Assembly (NCBI GenBank): GCA_963662335.2
Contig: CAXXVD010000004.1
Coordinates: 1 to 64,000, forward strand
Direction: 5' to 3'
From: Chloroflexota bacterium
GTDB lineage: Bacteria > Chloroflexota > UBA11872 > VXOZ01
Length of the DNA stretch: 64,000 nucleotides
Of the stretch, positions 58,091 to 64,000 are shown one piece after another. A model generated the notes under the pieces. The model searched no databases and was not told where the DNA came from. It worked only from the letters and a program-made list of their open reading frames with translations. The position numbers and the translations under genes were made by a program. The stretch's first letter is position 1; each line of letters opens with the position of its first letter.

Positions 58091-58924
58091 CTATCTCTCT
58101 TTGGGAGCGGCGCCGCCCGCTACTTCGCTGGGAAGTTCGCCGCCCGCGTTCACGCCCAAGCTACGGCGGGCGGTTTCGAGACGGAGCAGGCTATCCGGTT
58201 GCACGTTGCCGATATTGACGTTCGGGCCGAACGTGTCCATCAGCCAGCGGGCGAGGGTATCCGGTTCGGAGTATCCCGTTCCTTCGATCCACGGCCCGGT
58301 AAGCTCGAACATAAGTTTTTCGAGAGGCGCGGCCTCCGTGAGTTGCGTAATCGCATTCCTGTCGCGCCCATGTGCAAAGATCTCCGCCGCTTCGATGAGC
58401 ACCTTGCTACTGCCGGCCGCCAAGCAGGCGCGAATGTCGTCTTCCAGGCTGACGGTGACGTCCAGCCCCTCTTTCTTTCCCACTTCGCCAAAGACCTCCA
58501 GGCCGTACGTCTCTCGCGCCTTCACGATAAGCGCCTGCTTCTCGTCCAGCGTCAGCGAGAGGAGATTGTCGGAGACCTCAATCGCCGGGAACGCAAGCGC
58601 CCGCGCTTCCACCAGAAAGGCGTCCACTTTGTCGCAGAGCACCGCGTACTCGAGAAACTGACCGCCGGGATAGGGCAGTACCTCGTGTTGCTTGTAGAGG
58701 CCGATCTTGCGCTTCACCAACTCACGCGGCAGGAGCCGGGCGACGCCGACGGCAAGTTTGGCGGAGTCGATGTATGCGCCCGCAAGCTGCAGGATATCCT
58801 CCTGCTGGCGCAGGCCCAGCCCAAAGTCGATCATCATCGTCTGGCCGGCCGCGCGGGGCTTGCCGGGCCGCTCCAGCATGGGGATCACCGCAAAGGCGTA
58901 GTCGGTCATGCGCTGCTCGCTCAC
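58091..58924 (-). CDS. comA: Phosphosulfolactate synthase family protein
   Basis: RPGKPR..GQTMMIDFG, YIDSAK, YPGG.FLE, IEVSD, EVGKK, VLIEA, FE and NVNIGNV...LETARRSL. Confidence 0.85.
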   Translation of the reverse strand: MSEQRMTDYAFAVIPMLERPGKPRAAGQTMMIDFGLGLRQQEDILQLAGAYIDSAKLAVGVARLLPRELVKRKIGLYKQHEVLPYPGGQFLEYAVLCDKVDAFLVEARALAFPAIEVSDNLLSLTLDEKQALIVKARETYGLEVFGEVGKKEGLDVTVSLEDDIRACLAAGSSKVLIEAAEIFAHGRDRNAITQLTEAAPLEKLMFELTGPWIEGTGYSEPDTLARWLMDTFGPNVNIGNVQPDSLLRLETARRSLGVNAGGELPSEVAGGAAPKER

Positions 58925-59742
58925 TCTAATCCAAGAATGCGCGCCATGTTGCCGTAGAACACCCGGTCTTTGTCCAGCGAATCGGCGCCGAGTCTATCAA
59001 GGAAGCCGTCGTAGGCGGTCACCACGTCGGATATCTCCGGCGGCGTGACGTCGGAACCGAACACCAGTTTATGGGTGATACCAGCCCCTGCCACCGCGTT
59101 GTACATCATGTCGTGCACGATCTGCCGGTTGCCGTAGCGAATCGTGATCGGGCCGCTCAGGTCCCAGTAGACGTTCTCGTTCCAACGCGCCACCCACGCG
59201 GCCTCGGCGAAGGAGGGAGAGCCGAGATGCGCGCCGATGAGCGTGAGCTTGGGAAAGGCGCGCGCAATCGGGTCCAGCAGCCAGGGCATCATGCGCGCCG
59301 TGCTCACGTCCTCGGCGCGTGACCCCGTGCCCGGCGCGCGAAAGAGTTGCCCGGTGTGGAAGAGCATGGGCATGTGCCGCGCTTCGGCCCTCTCATAGAC
59401 CGGATAGAACGCCTTGCTGTCGTAGTTGTCGGTGGGGCTGATCGTCTTCAGGCCGCGAAAGCCCATGTCGCTCAATTCGTCCACTACCGCTGCGTCATCG
59501 ACGCCAAGCCGCACGTAGCCGAAGCCAACGATGAAGTCGGGATGATTCGCAATCAACCGCGCCACGGCGTCGTGCACGGGCGGATTGCCCGTGGAGAGCA
59601 TGCACAGCCGCCGGCAGCCGAGCGCGCGCTCCATGGCCAGCAGTTCTTCTAGCTGGCGTTCCACCGGAATCTGCGAGCCGGTGGGGTCGAACGCCGCCTG
59701 CGGGTAGTGCACGTGCGCGTCGATGAAACGCCGGTACGCCAT
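58921..59742 (-). CDS. Amidohydrolase_2 family protein
   Basis: IDAHVH, FRGLK, LFHTG, IGAHLG, YWDLSG and FGSD; stop overlaps the comA start (GTGA). Confidence 0.85.
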   Translation of the reverse strand: MAYRRFIDAHVHYPQAAFDPTGSQIPVERQLEELLAMERALGCRRLCMLSTGNPPVHDAVARLIANHPDFIVGFGYVRLGVDDAAVVDELSDMGFRGLKTISPTDNYDSKAFYPVYERAEARHMPMLFHTGQLFRAPGTGSRAEDVSTARMMPWLLDPIARAFPKLTLIGAHLGSPSFAEAAWVARWNENVYWDLSGPITIRYGNRQIVHDMMYNAVAGAGITHKLVFGSDVTPPEISDVVTAYDGFLDRLGADSLDKDRVFYGNMARILGLE

Positions 59743-59756
59743 GGCAAGCGCCCTCG

Positions 59757-60635
59757 CTAGACGCCCAGGGTTTCGCGGATGCGTTGGCGGCTCAAAGCCG
59801 CGTCCTCTTTCACGGAGCGGTGCGCCTCCATGCCGTGCCCCGGTTCGATCTCGACCACTACCCAGCCGCTGTAGTTCGTGCTCGTGAGGCTGCGCGCCAC
59901 CGCCTGCCAATCGATGACGCCGTCGCCAATGGCCTCGACCAACACGCCGTCCTGGCGGCAATCCTTGTAGTGCACGTAGCCGATGCGGGAACGGAAGGTG
60001 TCGATGAAGTCTACCGCGCCTTTCGGGCCGATGACGCGGGCGGCATTGGCAATGTCATACGCGAGACCTATGTGCGCCGGGTCGAGTTCGAGGATGCGCC
60101 GCATTTCGCGGAAATCGTCTTCCAACTCAGGCCCGTGCGTATGGTGGAAGCAGTGCGCGCCGTGATCGCCGAAGAGCGCGCAGGCTTCCTGCAGGAAACG
60201 GTTCTGGGTAGTGAGTTCCGCGTCGGTTTTTGCCGCTCCCGGCTTGGCGGCGGGACTAATGAGGACGTTGCGGCAGCCGATGGCCTGGGCAAAGGCGGCG
60301 ATTATCTCCAGATTGGGCAGCGTCTCTTTGCGGGCCGTCTCTTCCGCGTAGAAAACGCCGCCGGTGTGCAGCGCGGCCAACGCTAAGCCGTGCTGCGCCA
60401 ATAGCGCCTGCACTTCCGCCGGGTCCGGAATCGTCGTCGTATCTCTATCGCCGGCCGGCGGCGCGCCGCCAGGCCGCAGGGAGTTGAAACGGCCCCCGGC
60501 CAGAAAGTGGTAGCCGATTTCCACACCGTTAAACCCCGATTCCGCAATTTGCCGCAATACCGAATCGAGGTTCTCCGCTATGGGAAACTCGCGCAGCCAC
60601 GCATTGGCTTGCATGCCGATTGCAATCTCGGCCAT
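59757..60635 (-). CDS. Sugar phosphate isomerase/epimerase (IolE/AP-endonuclease-2 TIM barrel)
   Basis: GFNGVE, HHTH, YDIAN, YVHYKD, GDGVIDW and YSGWVVVEIE motifs. Confidence 0.85.
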   Translation of the reverse strand: MAEIAIGMQANAWLREFPIAENLDSVLRQIAESGFNGVEIGYHFLAGGRFNSLRPGGAPPAGDRDTTTIPDPAEVQALLAQHGLALAALHTGGVFYAEETARKETLPNLEIIAAFAQAIGCRNVLISPAAKPGAAKTDAELTTQNRFLQEACALFGDHGAHCFHHTHGPELEDDFREMRRILELDPAHIGLAYDIANAARVIGPKGAVDFIDTFRSRIGYVHYKDCRQDGVLVEAIGDGVIDWQAVARSLTSTNYSGWVVVEIEPGHGMEAHRSVKEDAALSRQRIRETLGV

Positions 60636-60654
60636 CGGAAACCTCTCTTCTCCG

Positions 60655-60812
60655 GTAGCGCAGGTTTGTAACCTGCGGCTCAGTAAGGCCAGTTCTATTC
60701 AAGTTCCAGAGTTATGGGCGGGAAGTTTGTTCTCGCGGCAGACGCTCCCGCGTGAGACCGCCGGTAAATGCCGCTGACCCGCAGGCAGGCGGGGGACAAG
60801 CCCCCGCGCTAC
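60655..60812. repeat. Heterologous REP doublet (REPIN-like)
   Basis: GTAGCGCAGGTTTGTAACCTGCG forward and GCGGGGGACAAGCCCCCGCGCTAC reverse. Confidence 0.8.
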
Positions 60813-60964
60813 AGCGGCATGGAAATGTGGCGGGCTTTTTTCGGAATCGACCGCTCCATTGAGTGTTTAACGGCTCTAGGATACCATGAACCGGAACGAG
60901 GGGCGCAGACCGCAGCGGGGAACCCGCGTCGCGCGCCATTCATCAAAACAGTTAGGAAGAGCGT

Positions 60965-62320
60965 ATGAACGTCATCCTCATCGTGTCCGACACCTTTCGC
61001 TACGACCACATTGGCGCGAACGGCAATGCGGCTATTCGCACGCCCCATCTCGACGCGTTCGCGGCGCAGTGCGTCAACTTCGACAACGCTTACGTGGGTT
61101 CCTTTCCCACCATTCCGCACCGCACGGACTTGCTCGCGGGACATTATGTCTATCAAACTCGCGGCTGGGCGCCGCTGGCCCCGGGCGAGGCGACGCTGGC
61201 GACGCTGCTGGGGCGGCAGGGGTACGTGAACCAGATGATCGTCGACCACGTGCAGTTCTTCCGCCCGGGCATGAACTTTCACGCCGGCTTCGACGGCTGG
61301 CAGGCGGTGCGCGGCCAGGCCGGCGAACCGTACATTACCGATCCGGTACCGGTCGAACTGCCGTGCGCGCCGGAGAAGATTCGCATGCCGGAAGCGGCAA
61401 TCCGCTACCTCAAGAACGTCTACTACCGCAGGCACGAGCGCGAGCACTTCGTGGCGCAGACATTCTCTCAGGCGGCGGACTGGCTGGAGCGCAACCACAC
61501 TCACGAGCGGTTCTTCCTCTATGTCGATACCTTTACGCCGCACGAGCCGTGGGACCCGCCGCAACACTACACTGACATGTACGACCCCGGCTACGTAGGG
61601 GAAAAAATCTTCTGGCCGCGCTACGACCGCTGCGACTACCTGACGGAATCGGAACTGCGGCACGCCCGCGCGCTCTACGCCGGTTCGGTCTCGCTGGTGG
61701 ACACCTGGTTCGGGCACTTCATCGAGCGGGTCAAGCATCTCGACCTGTGGGACGACACTGTGATCGTCTTCAACGCCGACCACGGCTTCTACATCGGCGA
61801 GCACGGCTACATCGGCAAACACACCGTGCTGGAACCGAAACAGGGCTGGCCAATGTACCGGGAGGTGTCCCAGGTTCCCCTGCTCGTGCACGTGCCGGGC
61901 GTGGCGCCGCGCCGCACCGACGCCCTGGTGCAAGCCATCGACGTCATGCCCACTGCGCTGGAACTGGCCGGCGCGCCCATACCGGATGGGCTGCACAGCC
62001 GGTCGCTTGTCCCGCTGCTGCACGGCGAAACCGGCACCCACCGCGACACCGTGATCAGTTCGCCGCTGCTGCCCACGGCGGACGACGCGTTGGTCTTTAG
62101 CACGGTGAACGACGGGGAATGGACGCTCATGGATCCCGGCAATCGCGGCATAGAGGAAGCCGAACTCTACAACCTGACGGCGGATCCGGGCGAGGAGCGG
62201 AACGTGATTGCCGACCACCCGGACGTTGCTCAGCGGCTGCACGCGCGCTATCTTGAGGAACTGGCGGGGCTGGGGACGGCGGAATCGCGGATTGCGCTGC
62301 GCCGCTGGTCGGGGGACTGA
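60965..62320 (+). CDS. Sulfatase-fold hydrolase with Thr at the FGly position
   Basis: NVILIVSDTFRYD, SFPTIPHRTDLLAG, PHEPWDPP, ADHG...GEHG..GKH and ELYNLTADPGE motifs. Confidence 0.88.
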   Translation: MNVILIVSDTFRYDHIGANGNAAIRTPHLDAFAAQCVNFDNAYVGSFPTIPHRTDLLAGHYVYQTRGWAPLAPGEATLATLLGRQGYVNQMIVDHVQFFRPGMNFHAGFDGWQAVRGQAGEPYITDPVPVELPCAPEKIRMPEAAIRYLKNVYYRRHEREHFVAQTFSQAADWLERNHTHERFFLYVDTFTPHEPWDPPQHYTDMYDPGYVGEKIFWPRYDRCDYLTESELRHARALYAGSVSLVDTWFGHFIERVKHLDLWDDTVIVFNADHGFYIGEHGYIGKHTVLEPKQGWPMYREVSQVPLLVHVPGVAPRRTDALVQAIDVMPTALELAGAPIPDGLHSRSLVPLLHGETGTHRDTVISSPLLPTADDALVFSTVNDGEWTLMDPGNRGIEEAELYNLTADPGEERNVIADHPDVAQRLHARYLEELAGLGTAESRIALRRWSGD

Positions 62321-62435
62321 TGCCGGTGCGACAAGATGAAGATGCATTCTCGGGTGCGCGGTAGTGGCGGAGGGTGACGCGCTACTTTCACGGGAATGAC
62401 CGTGGTCGCGCGCTGGCCACACGAGGGAATGAAAG

Positions 62436-62604
62436 CGAACGCGCCTCTCCCCGTTCGTGCTGAGCTTGTCGAAGTATGAACGGGGAGAGGCGCGTTCGGA
62501 GTTGCCACTCGCTTCCTCCGCCGTTCACCCTTCGACGCCGCTCAGGGCGAACGGATTGAGTGTCGCTCAGAGCGAACGGACTGAGTGTCGCTCAGGGCGA
62601 ACGG
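62436..62604. repeat. CCGTTCG..CTGAGCTTGTCGAAG-family repeat with a long hairpin and a 25-bp tandem
   Basis: 21-bp perfect stem 62436-62498; GCTCAGGGCGAACGG units at 62540, 62565 and 62590; family copies at ~42419 and ~51311. Confidence 0.8.
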
Positions 62605-62694
62605 CTTGGTGGCGCTACGTTCATGGCGATGACGGACTAGGCCATGCTTGCCACGGGGACCTGAGATTTGTCTGAACTGCCGGGAGCGCGCGGT

Positions 62695-63981
62695 CTAGCC
62701 GGCAGGAGACAGCCGCTCCATGCCGCCCAGGTACGGGCGCAAGACTTCAGGCAGAACCACGCTGCCGTCGGCTTGTTGGTTGTTCTCCAGCACAGCGGCG
62801 TAGAGGCGGGCGGAAAAAGCCAGGCCGGAGCCGTTGAGGGTGTGGACGAATTCCGGTCGCGCCTGGGGACTGGGGCGGTAGCGCACGTTGATGCGGCGGG
62901 CCTGGAAGTCCTCGAAATTCGAGCACGAAGAGACTTCCTGCCACTTCTCGATGCCCGGGCACCAGACCTCCAGGTCGTAGCATTTGGTGGCGGCAAAGCC
63001 GAGTTCGCCGCCGCAGAGTTCCACCACCCGGTACGGCAATTCAAGCTGTTGCAGCACCGCTTCCGCGTCGGCGCGCAGCGTCTCAAGTTCGTCGTAGGAA
63101 GATTCCGGCGTGACGAACTTGACCATCTCCACCTTCTCGAACTGGTGCAAGCGCAGCAGGCCGCGGGTGTCTTTGCCCGCCGCGCCGGCTTCACGACGGA
63201 AGCAGGGCGTGTAGGCCGTGTACTTGATTGGCAGCGCGTCGGCGTCCAGGATTTCGTCGCGGTGGATGTTGGTCACCGGCACCTCGGCGGTGGGGGCCAG
63301 AAAGAGGTCGTCCGGCTCCGTGCGGTACATGTCCTCTTCGAACTTGGGCAGTTGGCCCGTGCCCGTAATCACCTCGCGGCGCACCACAAACGGCGGCCAC
63401 ACTTCCTGGTACCCGTGCCGCTGCACGTGCAGGTCCAGCATCCAACTCCCAAGAGCGCGCAACAACCGGGAGCCTTCCCCTTTGAAGAGCGCGAACTGCG
63501 CCCCGGCAATCTTCGCGCCCCGGGGAAAGTCGAGGATGTCCAGCGCCGCGCCAATGTCCCAATGGGCTTTGGGCTCAAAGGCAAACTGCGGTTGCTCGCC
63601 CCATAGCGAATGGACGACGTTTTCATCCTCGGTCATGCCAGCGGGCACGCTCTCGTGGGGCACGTTGGGGATTTCCAACACGGCCGCCGTGATGCGCTCT
63701 TCGATAGCCGCCACGTCGCTATCCAGGCTCTTGACGCGCTGGCCCACGGCGCGCATCCGCTCGCGCAGGGCGTTCAGCGCCTCCTTGTCCTTGGCCTGGC
63801 CGAAAGTCTTGGAGGTGCGGTTGCGTTCCGCTTTCAGCGTTTCGCTCTCCTGCAGCAGCGCGCGGCGTTCGCTATCCCACGCCACAAGCTGATCGACAAT
63901 GCCGGCATCCTCGCCGCGGCGGGCGAGGCCGGCTTTCACTGCCTCCGGTTGCTCACGGATGCGGCGCAAATTGAGCATCAT
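62695..63981 (-). CDS. serS: Serine--tRNA ligase
   Basis: [45 protein letters not shown] and HTLNGSGLA motifs. Confidence 0.97.
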   Translation of the reverse strand: MMLNLRRIREQPEAVKAGLARRGEDAGIVDQLVAWDSERRALLQESETLKAERNRTSKTFGQAKDKEALNALRERMRAVGQRVKSLDSDVAAIEERITAAVLEIPNVPHESVPAGMTEDENVVHSLWGEQPQFAFEPKAHWDIGAALDILDFPRGAKIAGAQFALFKGEGSRLLRALGSWMLDLHVQRHGYQEVWPPFVVRREVITGTGQLPKFEEDMYRTEPDDLFLAPTAEVPVTNIHRDEILDADALPIKYTAYTPCFRREAGAAGKDTRGLLRLHQFEKVEMVKFVTPESSYDELETLRADAEAVLQQLELPYRVVELCGGELGFAATKCYDLEVWCPGIEKWQEVSSCSNFEDFQARRINVRYRPSPQARPEFVHTLNGSGLAFSARLYAAVLENNQQADGSVVLPEVLRPYLGGMERLSPAG

Positions 63982-64000
63982 TCGGCCTCCAGGGTGCGCA

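Noticed and set aside
58091-58924. Coenzyme M biosynthesis cluster
   Set aside because: No comB/C/D/E or xcb-type partner genes are in the window.

Overview
High-GC bacterial chromosomal window, most consistent with a Chloroflexota-type organism (rpmE-DUF1385-prfA-prmC operon, Tat lipoproteins, RNase P RNA lacking P13/P14). It is plausibly a sponge symbiont, because a sup-like ACP/PPTase/hydrolase/permease cassette is present; this is inference. It holds housekeeping genes (prfA, prmC, rpmE, pyrD, ftsY, ffh, nhaA, comM, hpt, ade, thrB, ispG, serS, rnpB, tRNA-Arg(UCG), tRNA-fMet), three ABC-2 exporter loci and many catabolic paralogs (3 ceramidase-like, 2 PhyH, 2 SDR, 2 BNR propellers). The most notable items are: (1) a supBCD+supE-like cassette with no PKS nearby, whose NCS2 permease has a divergent substrate motif and a fused degenerate RsbW-like domain; (2) a comA-amidohydrolase-epimerase operon facing a sulfatase-fold enzyme with Thr in place of the FGly-precursor Cys/Ser; (3) dense intergenic REP-like palindromes, several packaged inside MITE-like terminal inverted repeats, with one ~165-bp composite unit copied intact 21 kb away; (4) rnpB apparently co-transcribed with its own substrate, tRNA-fMet. 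The first 2.3 kb carry about eight +1 frameshifts, nearly all in homopolymer runs, that look like long-read assembly errors. No CRISPR, transposase or prophage was seen. All calls are by eye, from motifs; no searches were run.
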